A stretch of 64,000 bases of DNA from Acidimicrobiia bacterium (lineage in GTDB: Bacteria; Actinomycetota; Acidimicrobiia; Spongiisociales; ZC4RG35): NCBI GenBank assembly GCA_040880765.1, contig JBBDHT010000066.1:4513-68512 (forward strand). Direction: 5' to 3'. The first letter of the stretch is position 1. Each line of letters opens with the position of its first letter. Below the pieces are notes generated by a model, which was not told the origin of the DNA, made no database searches, and saw nothing but the letters and a program-made list of their open reading frames with translations. Shown piece after piece: positions 29,052 to 40,950 of the stretch. A program made the translations under genes and the position numbers.

Positions 29052-31203
29052 AGACGAGACCGCGGTCCAGCTGGTCGATGTACTCGACGCTTTCCGCCTC
29101 CACCACCGTGACGGTGACATCGAGGTGCTCAGACGTGCATACGACCTGGCCAAAGAGGCGCACCAGGGACAGGTCCGCAAGACGGGAGCGCCGTACATAA
29201 CCCACCCTCTCGCAGTGGCCAAGATGCTGGCCGAGACCGGGCTCGATGCACCAACCCTCGCCGCCGCTCTGCTTCACGACACTGTTGAGGACACCCATGT
29301 CACCCTGGACAAGATCCGGGATGAGTTTGGCGAAGAGATCGCTTCATTGATCGACGGGGTGACCAAACTCGACCGGGTTCGTTATACCAACCGGGAGCAG
29401 GCCCAGGCTGCAACGATCCGCAAGATGGTCGTCGCGATGGCCCAGGACGTGCGGGTGCTGATCATCAAGCTCTTCGACCGGCTCCACAACATCCGCACCG
29501 TCTACGCCCTTCGCGAGGAAAAACAGATCAGGGTTGCTCGGGAAACCCTCGATGTCTATGCGCCGCTGGCCCACCGCCTCGGTGTTCAGGAGATCAAACA
29601 CGAATTGGAAGACCGCTGCTTCTCGATTCTGTTCCCGGGCCCTCAAGCCGAGATCGAAGCCAAGCTCGCCCTGTTGGCACCCGAGCGGGAGGCATTCATC
29701 GAAAAGATGGTCACCGAGATTTCGGGGATTCTCACTGACTCCAGCATCGAAGCGACAGTGACCGGGCGACCTAAGCACCACTATTCGATCTACCGCAAGA
29801 TGAAGGAGCAGAACCGTCCCTTCGACGACATCCACGATCTCATCGGGATCCGGGTCGTTGTCGAATCGACGAGGGACTGCTACGCCGCGCTCGGTCTGGT
29901 CCACAGCCACTGGGTGCCGGTTGCTGGTCGGTTCAAGGACTACATAGCGATGCCGAAGATCAATCTCTACCAGTCTCTGCACACGACAGTGATCGGGCCC
30001 GACGGCAAACCGTTGGAGATCCAGATCCGCACCGAGGAGATGCACTGGCGGGCCGAAGCGGGAATCGCAGCGCACTGGCGTTACAAAGAAGGCGAGCAGG
30101 CTCCGATGATGAGCTTTGATGTCGACTCGCTGATGTCAGAGGAAGATCCTGAGGAGTTTCTGGCCAACTTGAAGCTCGACCTCCATCAGGACGAGGTCTT
30201 CGTCCTCACCCCCGGCGGTGACGTCAAGTCGCTGCCAGAGGGCGCTACCCCGGTCGACTTCGCCTATACGGTGCATACCGAGGTCGGCCATCACTGTGTC
30301 GGGGCGAGGGTGAACGGCAGGCTCGTTCCGCTGTCCACCAAGCTCCAGTCAGGCGATATCGTCGAGGTACTGACATCGAAGTCGAAGGATGCCGGGCCGA
30401 GCCGGGATTGGCTGAAGTTCGCCAGGACCGGTCGGGCGAAGTCGAAGATCAAGCACTGGTTCCAGAGGGAGCGTCGCGACCAGGCCGCGATCGAGGGCCG
30501 GGAGCAGATCAGCGCGTTGTTCGCCCGTGAGGCTCCGGAGATGACCTCGGGCGAGCGCGACGACACACTCACCGCGATCGGCAAGGAACTGGGCCAGCAC
30601 GACGCCGAGTCACTTGTCGTGGCGCTCGGCGAAGGCAACGTCTCCATCGATTCGATCCAGACCAGATTGTTGAGGCTGCTGAGGCCGGAGCCTGAAGCCA
30701 CCGACACTCTTTTCGCTCCGCGCAAACGGACAGCCGGGACGTCGGCCAACGTGGTCGTCGAAGGTCAGGACGACATGCTGATCCACCTGGCTCGGTGCTG
30801 CTCACCCGTACCGGGTGACCCGATCATCGGGTATGTGACGGTGGGCCGGGGAGTGTCGGTCCACCGCTCAGACTGCACCAACGTGAGTGCCCTTGCCGAA
30901 CGCAGGGAGCGTTCGGTCGAAGTGAGCTGGCCGGTGGAGGTCGACGGGGCCTTTGTCGTGTGGATTCAGGTCGAGGCCCTGGACAGGACGAAGCTTCTCC
31001 GCGACGTGACCAGCATGGTCACCGAGACCGGAGGGAATATCACCGCATCCTCCACTGTCGTCGGTGATGATCGGGTGGCGATACTCCGCTATGAGGTCGA
31101 ATTGTCGGATCCGAGCCAGCTGGGCCGACTGCTCAGCGATCTACGCGGCGTCGATGGAGTCTTCACCGCTTTCCGACTTGCCAACGACCCGGCATCCCAG
31201 TGA
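29017..31203 (+). CDS. relA: bifunctional (p)ppGpp synthetase/hydrolase RelA/SpoT (Rel)
   Basis: HD domain (GAPYITHPLAVAKMLAE), synthetase (YRKMKEQNRPFDDIHDLIGIRVVV; IQIRTEEMHWRAEAGIAAHWRYK), and TGS and ACT-like C-terminus. Start uncertain (29017 or 29029); either overlaps the apt 3' end. Confidence 0.95.
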   Translation: MCPCMHSYATTEDETAVQLVDVLDAFRLHHRDGDIEVLRRAYDLAKEAHQGQVRKTGAPYITHPLAVAKMLAETGLDAPTLAAALLHDTVEDTHVTLDKIRDEFGEEIASLIDGVTKLDRVRYTNREQAQAATIRKMVVAMAQDVRVLIIKLFDRLHNIRTVYALREEKQIRVARETLDVYAPLAHRLGVQEIKHELEDRCFSILFPGPQAEIEAKLALLAPEREAFIEKMVTEISGILTDSSIEATVTGRPKHHYSIYRKMKEQNRPFDDIHDLIGIRVVVESTRDCYAALGLVHSHWVPVAGRFKDYIAMPKINLYQSLHTTVIGPDGKPLEIQIRTEEMHWRAEAGIAAHWRYKEGEQAPMMSFDVDSLMSEEDPEEFLANLKLDLHQDEVFVLTPGGDVKSLPEGATPVDFAYTVHTEVGHHCVGARVNGRLVPLSTKLQSGDIVEVLTSKSKDAGPSRDWLKFARTGRAKSKIKHWFQRERRDQAAIEGREQISALFAREAPEMTSGERDDTLTAIGKELGQHDAESLVVALGEGNVSIDSIQTRLLRLLRPEPEATDTLFAPRKRTAGTSANVVVEGQDDMLIHLARCCSPVPGDPIIGYVTVGRGVSVHRSDCTNVSALAERRERSVEVSWPVEVDGAFVVWIQVEALDRTKLLRDVTSMVTETGGNITASSTVVGDDRVAILRYEVELSDPSQLGRLLSDLRGVDGVFTAFRLANDPASQ

Positions 31204-31844
31204 GGGTCGTAGCCACACCGGCCTGGTTTGCCGCCACCAATTCCTATCTTGTCTACGACCCCCAGGACCGCGTTGGTGTACTCATCGATGTGCCTCCCGA
31301 TCCCGACCTGGTCGGGCAGGTGGTCCTCGATCACAAGGTGACTGTGGGGGCGGTGCTTCTCACCCACGGCCACGTGGACCACGCCGGGGGCGCCGGGGAG
31401 TTCGTCGCTCGCCACGGGAGCGAGGTATATGTCCATCCCGACGACGATTTTCTCACCCTCCATCCCAAGGAGCAGTTGATGCAGATTTTCGGTACGTCCC
31501 CTCCGGGCTCATACGAGGTTCCCGACAAGCTCACCGACTTGGAGGACCGGCAGCTGCTCGATCTCGCCGGATTCCGATTCGAGACACGGCACACACCGGG
31601 CCACACCCCGGGGCACTGCTGTTTTTATGTCGAGGAGGAAGGCACCCTGTTCTCCGGTGACCAGCTCTTCGCCGGGAGTGTGGGGAGGACGGACCTTCCC
31701 GGAGGCTCCCACACCCAACTGCTCGAGTCGATGGCATCCAGCGTCCTCACCCTCGATGACTCGATTCGGGTACTTCCCGGTCACGGACCTGAGACCAGCA
31801 TCGGTCACGAACGAAAGACCAATCCGTTCATTCAGGGGTTGTGA
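31200..31844 (+). CDS. MBL-fold metallo-hydrolase (glyoxalase II-like)
   Basis: LTHGHVDHAGG (HxHxDH) and TPGHTPGH. The position after relA matches the mycobacterial order. Confidence 0.85.
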   Translation: MRVVATPAWFAATNSYLVYDPQDRVGVLIDVPPDPDLVGQVVLDHKVTVGAVLLTHGHVDHAGGAGEFVARHGSEVYVHPDDDFLTLHPKEQLMQIFGTSPPGSYEVPDKLTDLEDRQLLDLAGFRFETRHTPGHTPGHCCFYVEEEGTLFSGDQLFAGSVGRTDLPGGSHTQLLESMASSVLTLDDSIRVLPGHGPETSIGHERKTNPFIQGL

Positions 31845-31870
31845 ACGCGTGTGGGGATACCGGGTCTCCG

Positions 31871-31883
31871 TTGCCTAACCTGC
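31871..31883 (+). promoter_or_regulatory. 13-mer TTGCCTAACCTGC upstream of hisS (candidate promoter; near-leaderless hisS)
   Basis: Identical to 25781-25793. TAACCT (31876-31881) ends 9 nt before the hisS ATG and there is no SD. Confidence 0.25.
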
Positions 31884-31890
31884 GCTATTC

Positions 31891-33099
31891 ATGAGTTTCC
31901 AACCGCCCAAGGGCGTCCCCGACATCCACCTGCCCGAATCGGCAGTGTGGCGACGCGTCCTCACCGCCTGGGAGGAATGGTCGGAGCGTTTTGGCTATCC
32001 GCTGATCCTGTCACCTGTGTTCGAGGCAACCGACCTGTTCGAACGCGGGGTTGGCGACACGACCGAAGTTGTCACCAAACAGATGTACACCTTCGAGGAC
32101 AAGGGCGGGCGGTCAGTGACTTTGCGCCCGGAAGGTACCGCCGGTGTGGTCAGGGCATTCCTCGACTCCGGGGCGCAAGGGGCTTGGAAAGCTGCCTACT
32201 CCGGGCCGATGTTCCGATATGAGAGACCGCAAAAGGGGAGGACCCGTCAGTTCTACCAGGTGGGGGTGGAGTACCTCGATGTGCTTTCTCCACTTGCTGA
32301 TGTGGAGGTCATCGAGCTCGGCTACCGGTTTATCAAAGCCGTCGGCCTCGAAGAGCTGGAACTACGGCTAAACACCCTCGGCGATGCCAACTGCCGACCC
32401 GCCTATCTCGACGCCCTCAAAAGCTATTTCAGTGATCGAAAAAACCTCTTGTGCTCCGACTCGGCCTCGCTGATCGAGCAGAACCCGCTCCGGATTCTGG
32501 ACTGCAAGGTGTGTGTCGATGTGGTCCAGGGTGCCCCGGCAATGGGTGACTACCTCTGTGACGAGTGTCGCGATCATTACGACGCGGTGCGCTCGGGCCT
32601 GGACCTGCTTGGCGTGTCCTATGTCGAAGACCCAACTCTGGTCAGAGGGCTGGACTACTACTCGCGGACGGCGTTTGAGTACATCGGGATTGGTCTCGAT
32701 GCGGCACAGAACGCGGTCGGCGGAGGGGGCCGCTATGACGGTCTGGCAGAGAGCCTCGGCGGAAGGGGCGCCCCCGGAGTGGGTTTTGCGTTGGGGGTCG
32801 ACCGGATCGTGCTGGCTCTCGATGTCGGGGCCGAACCGGCGCTGGATATTTTCGTGATCTCGGAGACCGGACCGGATGAAGTGGTTTCGCTCGTGTCCGG
32901 ACTGCGGCTCCAGGGCTTCGCCGCCGACTACGACCTGGAGGGCAAGTCAGTCAAGGCACAGTTCAAGGCGGCAGCTCGGACGGGCGCACCGACAACGATC
33001 ATCTACCACGGACCTGGCCAGGATGTCAGCGTCCGCATCGAGGACGAGCGCCACGAGGTGCCGTTGCAGGAGGTTGCACAGTGGCTGACCGGCAAGTGA
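31891..33099 (+). CDS. hisS: histidine--tRNA ligase
   Basis: MSFQPPKGVPD.., LRPEGTAGVVRA and MFRYERPQKGRTRQFYQ (class II motifs). Confidence 0.95.
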   Translation: MSFQPPKGVPDIHLPESAVWRRVLTAWEEWSERFGYPLILSPVFEATDLFERGVGDTTEVVTKQMYTFEDKGGRSVTLRPEGTAGVVRAFLDSGAQGAWKAAYSGPMFRYERPQKGRTRQFYQVGVEYLDVLSPLADVEVIELGYRFIKAVGLEELELRLNTLGDANCRPAYLDALKSYFSDRKNLLCSDSASLIEQNPLRILDCKVCVDVVQGAPAMGDYLCDECRDHYDAVRSGLDLLGVSYVEDPTLVRGLDYYSRTAFEYIGIGLDAAQNAVGGGGRYDGLAESLGGRGAPGVGFALGVDRIVLALDVGAEPALDIFVISETGPDEVVSLVSGLRLQGFAADYDLEGKSVKAQFKAAARTGAPTTIIYHGPGQDVSVRIEDERHEVPLQEVAQWLTGK

Positions 33100-34847
33100 T
33101 TCGGACACATCGGGCGAGGGAGATCTCACAGTCTCTGATCGGAGATCGGGTAACCGTTGCCGGATGGGTGCAGAGACGACGTGACCACGGCGGTGTGGCT
33201 TTCCTCGACATTCGCGACGCCTCCGGGTTGATCCAGGTGGTTGCCGATCCCGATGAGTACCCGGTGGTCGAAGAGATAAGAATGGAGTTTTGTGTGAGTG
33301 TCAGCGGCACTGTCCGTGCCCGACCCGAGGGGACGGTGAACCCCGATCTCGAAACCGGGGATGTCGAGATAGGTGTCGAGGACCTGACTGTCCTCTCCCG
33401 GGCCGAGACACTTCCATTCCTGATCGATGATCGCACCGAAGTAGACGAGAAGATCCGGCTACAGCACAGATATCTGGACCTTCGCCGGCCCCGGATGGCA
33501 GCCAACCTCAAGGCCCGCTCCAAGGCAACATCGGCGATCCGCCGCACCCTCGACCAGCAGGGATTTCTCGAGGTCGAGACCCCGACGCTCGTCAACAGCA
33601 CACCCGAAGGAGCAAGGGACATGCTGGTCCCTTCCCGTCTTCGGCAAGGGGAGTTTTACGCTCTGCCGCAATCCCCGCAGTTGTTCAAACAGTTGCTGAT
33701 GATCGGTGGAGTCGAGAGGTATTTTCAGATCGCGCGCTGCTATCGGGACGAGGACTTCCGCGCCGACCGGCAGCTCGAGTTCACCCAACTCGACCTCGAG
33801 GGCTCCTTCTGGGGCCGCGAAGACGTCCTGGACACCATCGAAAACGTGCTCAAAGCGGTGGTGACCGAAGTGCGCGGAGTGACGATAAACGAGGACTTCC
33901 CCCGCATCACCTGGCAGGAGGCGATGGACAGGTTCGGGTCGGACAAGCCGGACATCCGGTTCGGAATGGAGATCACCGACGTCAGCGACGTGGTGGCAGG
34001 GTCCGAATTCGGTGTGTTCTCCAAGACGATCGCCGATGGTGGAACGGTTCGGGGTATCAATGCCGGAGCACAAGAGTGGTCACGCAGCAGGGCCGACTCC
34101 CTCACCGAGCGCGCCCGGGAGTTGGGTGCCGGAGGGCTGGTCTGGGTGGTCGTCGAGGAGGACGGCACTCTCCGTTCCCCGGTCGCCAAGTTCCTCTCTG
34201 AAGACGAACAAGACGGACTAAAAGCGCGACTGGATGCAACTCCGGGCGACGTTCTGTTGTTCGTTGCCGACCGCTGGAAGACGGTCGTCGGAGTGCTCGG
34301 CCTATTGCGACTCGAGCTGGGACGACCCGAAGGTCACGATGAACTTGCATTCCTCTGGGTTGTCGACTTCCCGCTCTTCGAAGAGGACGACTCGGGAAAG
34401 ATCACCTTCTCCCACCATCCTTTCACCGCACCGGCATCACTCGAGGAGATGGCTGCGAACCCCGAGTCCGCGCTTTCCAAGGCCTACGACGCGGTGCTCA
34501 ACGGTGTCGAGTTGGGGTCGGGCTCGGTTCGTATCCACGACCCGGAAACGCAGAAAGAGGTATTCGACATCCTCGGGATCGGTCCCGACGTTGCCGAGCG
34601 CCGCTTCGGGTGGTTTCTCCAGGCGCTTCGCTATGGAACACCTCCCCACGCCGGTTTCGCCTTCGGGATCGACCGTCTGGTGATGATCCTCCAGAACGAG
34701 GCTTCGATCCGCGAGGTGATCCCGTTCCCGAAGACCCAGACCGGGTCGGACCCGATGACAGGCGCCCCGACCTGGGTGGACGACGAGCTGCTCACTGAGC
34801 TCGGACTGGCCCTCGGCCCGGCCGCCCTGGAGCGGAAAGACCCCTGA
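33096..34847 (+). CDS. aspS: aspartate--tRNA ligase
   Basis: VIRTHRAREI.., FYALPQSPQLFKQLLM, QIARCYRDEDFRADRQ and GFAFGIDRLVM. Start set to GTG 33096, overlapping the hisS stop (GTGA). Confidence 0.95.
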   Translation: MIRTHRAREISQSLIGDRVTVAGWVQRRRDHGGVAFLDIRDASGLIQVVADPDEYPVVEEIRMEFCVSVSGTVRARPEGTVNPDLETGDVEIGVEDLTVLSRAETLPFLIDDRTEVDEKIRLQHRYLDLRRPRMAANLKARSKATSAIRRTLDQQGFLEVETPTLVNSTPEGARDMLVPSRLRQGEFYALPQSPQLFKQLLMIGGVERYFQIARCYRDEDFRADRQLEFTQLDLEGSFWGREDVLDTIENVLKAVVTEVRGVTINEDFPRITWQEAMDRFGSDKPDIRFGMEITDVSDVVAGSEFGVFSKTIADGGTVRGINAGAQEWSRSRADSLTERARELGAGGLVWVVVEEDGTLRSPVAKFLSEDEQDGLKARLDATPGDVLLFVADRWKTVVGVLGLLRLELGRPEGHDELAFLWVVDFPLFEEDDSGKITFSHHPFTAPASLEEMAANPESALSKAYDAVLNGVELGSGSVRIHDPETQKEVFDILGIGPDVAERRFGWFLQALRYGTPPHAGFAFGIDRLVMILQNEASIREVIPFPKTQTGSDPMTGAPTWVDDELLTELGLALGPAALERKDP

Positions 34848-34914
34848 CCCTGGTCGAGAGCTGCGATTTATCAACCCCTGATTGGGACAACCACTCCTTA
34901 GTATTGGTCGGACC

Positions 34915-37529
<2,615 letters not shown>

Positions 37530-37533
<4 letters not shown>

Positions 37534-37931
37534 GCCGTATTCTCGGAGTGGACTTCGGGACCAAACGGGTGGGGTTGGCGATATCAGACGGGCTGGGTGT
37601 GCTCGCCTCACCCCTCGAGGTGGTCCCCCGAGAGAGCGTTGTCGACTACGTCAAAGCGGTCGCCATAGAACTGGAAGTCACTAAAATCATTGTTGGTCTT
37701 CCCACAGCACTTGGAGGACACGAGGGGGCTTCCGCTGACGAAGCCAGGGCCCTCGGAAGGGACCTCCACTATGCCACTGAACTACCGGTTGTCTATCACG
37801 ATGAGCGCTTCACTTCCCGCATGGCCGAAACCGCTCTTCTGGGCAAAGGGATGAAACGCCGGGATCGACGCGAGAAGGTGGACAAGATTGCCGCGGCAAT
37901 AATCCTGCAGGACTATCTGGACAACCAATGA
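37530..37931 (+). CDS. ruvX: Holliday junction resolvase-like RuvX (YqgF)
   Basis: ILGVDFGTKRVGLAISD and ..DERFTS... Confidence 0.9.
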
Positions 37932-39022
37932 CTTATGAAAACCCACCGGAATCACAGCCGACGACACGGCTGGTCAAGGTTCTCAGCGCCTTGGCCATAA
38001 TCATCGTCGCTGGGTTCGCGATAGTCGGGGGAGCGTCGTATCTGGGCCGACAGGTCGGTCTCGCCATCGGTGACAACGGTGATTCCGATGTCCCGGTCAA
38101 CGTCGAACCAGGCCAGGAAGTGACGATTGAGGTCCCATCTGGTTCTTCAGCTCAGGAGATCGGGACAATTCTGGCGGCAAACGGTGTGGTCCAGTCGGCA
38201 CTCGAGTTCGAGGTCGCCGTCCGCAACTCAGACGCCGCCTCTGATTTGAAGGCCGGTACCTACAGACTGACCACGGTCATGGAGCCGAACGAGGTGGTGG
38301 CTCTTCTCGTCGTCGGGCCGGTGGCCGACGTCTACCGGGTCACGGTCATCGAAGGCCTGAGAATCAAGGAGATCCTCACATCACTGGCCGAGAGCAGCGG
38401 CATCACTTACCGCGAGTTCGAGACGGCTCTAATTTCGGGCGATGTGACATCTTCGCTCGCCCCCGATCCGGAGTCCCTGACTGACTGGGAGGGCCTCCTC
38501 TTTCCTGACACATATGAATTCAGTCGCTCGGCAAGCGCTTCGGCCATCCTGCAGAGGATGGCTTCGACGATGGAACAGAGGGTCGACAGCATCGACTGGT
38601 CGGCTGTTGAGGCGCTCGGCTTGTCCGTCTATGAAGGGGTGATCATTGCCTCGCTCATCGAGACCGAAGTGCTCCTCGACGTGGAGCGACCGCTTGTTTC
38701 CAGCGTGCTCCACAACCGGCTCGAACTCGGCATGAAGCTGGACATCGACGCCACGGTCCTCTATGCCGTCGATTCGCGTGATATCGCCGATTTCGATCGG
38801 GAGGTCGACTCGCCGTACAACACCTACATTGTCAACGGCCTCCCGCCTACACCGATAGCAGCACCGGGACGGGCCTCGCTCGAGGCAGCGGCGAACCCTG
38901 ACACGACCGACTTTCTCTTCTATGTGCTCTCCGACCTCGAGGGCAATCACGCATTTGCTGCCACCCTCGAAGAGCACAATGCCAATGTTGCCCGGGCTCG
39001 TGAGGATGGGGTGCTTCCGTAA
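37928..39022 (+). CDS. mltG: endolytic murein transglycosylase MltG (YceG-like)
   Basis: N-terminal TM, LysM-like segment, ..ASLIETE.., YNTYIVNGLPPTPIAAPG. Confidence 0.9.
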   Translation: MTYENPPESQPTTRLVKVLSALAIIIVAGFAIVGGASYLGRQVGLAIGDNGDSDVPVNVEPGQEVTIEVPSGSSAQEIGTILAANGVVQSALEFEVAVRNSDAASDLKAGTYRLTTVMEPNEVVALLVVGPVADVYRVTVIEGLRIKEILTSLAESSGITYREFETALISGDVTSSLAPDPESLTDWEGLLFPDTYEFSRSASASAILQRMASTMEQRVDSIDWSAVEALGLSVYEGVIIASLIETEVLLDVERPLVSSVLHNRLELGMKLDIDATVLYAVDSRDIADFDREVDSPYNTYIVNGLPPTPIAAPGRASLEAAANPDTTDFLFYVLSDLEGNHAFAATLEEHNANVARAREDGVLP

Positions 39023-39041
39023 CACGTGCCACACTTCGCCC

Positions 39042-39806
39042 ATGGAGTTCAGGTTTGCCCTAGCTGGTGACCCGGTGGCACACAGCCTGTCCCCGGCAAT
39101 GCACCATGCTGCGCTGAAGGAGTCAGGTCTGTCCGGGAGATACGATCTGGTCCGGTGCGATGAGGCGGATTTCCGGAACCTCGTCCGGCTTCTGGCGTCG
39201 GGGAAGTATTCGGGGTTGAACGTGACCATGCCCCACAAAGGTCTGGCTCACTCCCTGTGCGGCGACCTGACCCCTGAAGCGTCTGCTGCCGCCTCGGTGA
39301 ACACGATGCAAGCGGAAGGTAGCTCGATTTCGGGCCATTCCTCCGATGTTGTTGCCTTCAGGAAGGCGTTCGCTGAGGTGGGGCAGCCGACGAGCGCGAT
39401 TCTCCTGGGCACCGGGGGTTCGGCGCGAGCCGCCCTGGCCGGTTTCGATGGAGAGGTACACGTATGGGGACGGAGCCCGGCTCGCATCGACGAATTGGCC
39501 GGAAGGTACCCGGGCCGGGTATTTCGGTTGCATGATGCGCCGCCAGGTGCCGTGCTGGTGAACTGCACCCCACTCGGCATGACCGGAGAGGAACTCCCTT
39601 CCGCCCTTCTCGAATCAGCAGAGGCTCTGATCGACCTCCCCTACGGTCACGGGGAGACACCTGCGGTCTCAGCCGCTCGCCGGGCCGGAATTCCGGTGGT
39701 GGATGGGTATCGGTTCCTGGCGGTGCAGGCTACTGAGTCATTCCGCTGGTGGACAGGGGTCGAGGTGGATATCGATACCATGGTTGATGCTGCCAGAAAT
39801 GGCTAA
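39042..39806 (+). CDS. aroE: shikimate dehydrogenase
   Basis: FALAGDPVAHSLSPAMHHAAL.., NVTMPHK and LGTGGSARA. Start trimmed to ATG 39042. Confidence 0.88.
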   Translation: MEFRFALAGDPVAHSLSPAMHHAALKESGLSGRYDLVRCDEADFRNLVRLLASGKYSGLNVTMPHKGLAHSLCGDLTPEASAAASVNTMQAEGSSISGHSSDVVAFRKAFAEVGQPTSAILLGTGGSARAALAGFDGEVHVWGRSPARIDELAGRYPGRVFRLHDAPPGAVLVNCTPLGMTGEELPSALLESAEALIDLPYGHGETPAVSAARRAGIPVVDGYRFLAVQATESFRWWTGVEVDIDTMVDAARNG

Positions 39807-39868
39807 AGGATGATCCAGTGGAGCCGAAGTTTTGGTTACGCCTCTTTCATCAAGGAGTGGAGCGACAG

Positions 39869-40903
39869 ATGACCCTTTCAGGTAACTTAGGATTTGTGCC
39901 TCTCGATGAGGTGCTCCGGCTCCTTACGCGTGCCGGAAACGAAGGTGTTGTAGAGATCACCAATCGTGACACCAGCGGGCGAATTTTTGTGAATGGCGAA
40001 GGTATCGGCCTAGCCACCACCTTCGACGACATCGACTTGAAGGACCACCTGGTCAGCTCGGGCTATCTGTCTCCGGCCGACGCAGCCGGCTCCAGCGGTG
40101 TCCCGTTCAACGAAGACCTCGTAGCCCTCATTCGGGAAATGACCGTCGAGAGCATCTACCGGATGGACGGCGACGAAGCTGATTTCGCGGTGGTCAGGGA
40201 CCTGACCAGCCCCTACGCCTCATCCGAGCCGTTCGATCTCGAGCGAATCCTCGACGACAGTCGCAAGCGCGCCGACGAATGGGAAAGGGTGACCAAGCGG
40301 ATCCCGGACCTCGAGGAGACACTGAAGATCAACCGGTCTTTGTCACGGGAGACCGTCGAACTCGACCGCGAGTCGTGGCGCCTGCTGAGCGAACTCGGCG
40401 GCGGTGCCTCGGTCAAAGAACTGGCCACTGCCCTGGGAACTACCACCTACGCAGTTGCGAATGTCGCCGGCGCCATGGTCGATAACGATCTCCTGGTGCT
40501 GGGTGACGGTGCCGCCGGGGTTGGCCCCTCCTATGATGCCGCCGCGGCCCACGAGGTGAGCACCGTGCCCGTCTATGAAGACGAGACTGTCTCACCGGTA
40601 GAGGACGAGGTCGACCCGGATCGTTCCTGGTGGGACGAGCCTGAGAACGAGCCCTCAGTTGACGCCGACACGGACGAAACGGCCGACCAGCCGCCAGCAG
40701 CGGCAGAAGTCGAAGCTGAAGCCGATGGCGCCGCCGAGGACGTCGACGCCGACGAAGCCGATGTCGACGATGCCGAAGACACCGAAGCGTTCCTGGAGAA
40801 GGTCTTTTCTGAGGTGAGCAGCGAGACCCCTGAAGAGGACGGCCACGGTTTGATGCGTCGCCGCCGCATGGGTTCGATACTTCGCGAGCTCGGCGAAGAA
40901 TAA
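39869..40903 (+). CDS. PATAN/DUF4388-domain protein with central HTH-like segment and long acidic low-complexity tail
   Basis: N-terminus LSGNLGFVPLDEVLRLLTRAGNEGVVEITN..GRIFVNGEGI fits the DUF4388 pattern (L.G.L....l.dvLqll.....tG.L.v....G.i....G.i). Residues ~190-225 (SVKELATALGTTTYAVANVAGAMVDNDLL) look like a winged-helix segment. The last ~110 aa are D/E/A-rich and end in RRRRMGSILRELGEE. Confidence 0.6.
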   Translation: MTLSGNLGFVPLDEVLRLLTRAGNEGVVEITNRDTSGRIFVNGEGIGLATTFDDIDLKDHLVSSGYLSPADAAGSSGVPFNEDLVALIREMTVESIYRMDGDEADFAVVRDLTSPYASSEPFDLERILDDSRKRADEWERVTKRIPDLEETLKINRSLSRETVELDRESWRLLSELGGGASVKELATALGTTTYAVANVAGAMVDNDLLVLGDGAAGVGPSYDAAAAHEVSTVPVYEDETVSPVEDEVDPDRSWWDEPENEPSVDADTDETADQPPAAAEVEAEADGAAEDVDADEADVDDAEDTEAFLEKVFSEVSSETPEEDGHGLMRRRRMGSILRELGEE

Positions 40904-40950
40904 CCTCCCGGTCCTCGGTCTCAGCCTGACAGCGGCTAACTTCGGAATCC

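Noticed and set aside
40560-40800. Repetitive GAC/GCC/GAA/GAG-rich DNA that looks like a tandem repeat.
   Set aside because: I could not define a fixed repeat unit. It is codon-level low complexity encoding the acidic D/E/A tail of the PATAN-domain protein, and not a DNA-level tandem repeat or CRISPR-like array.
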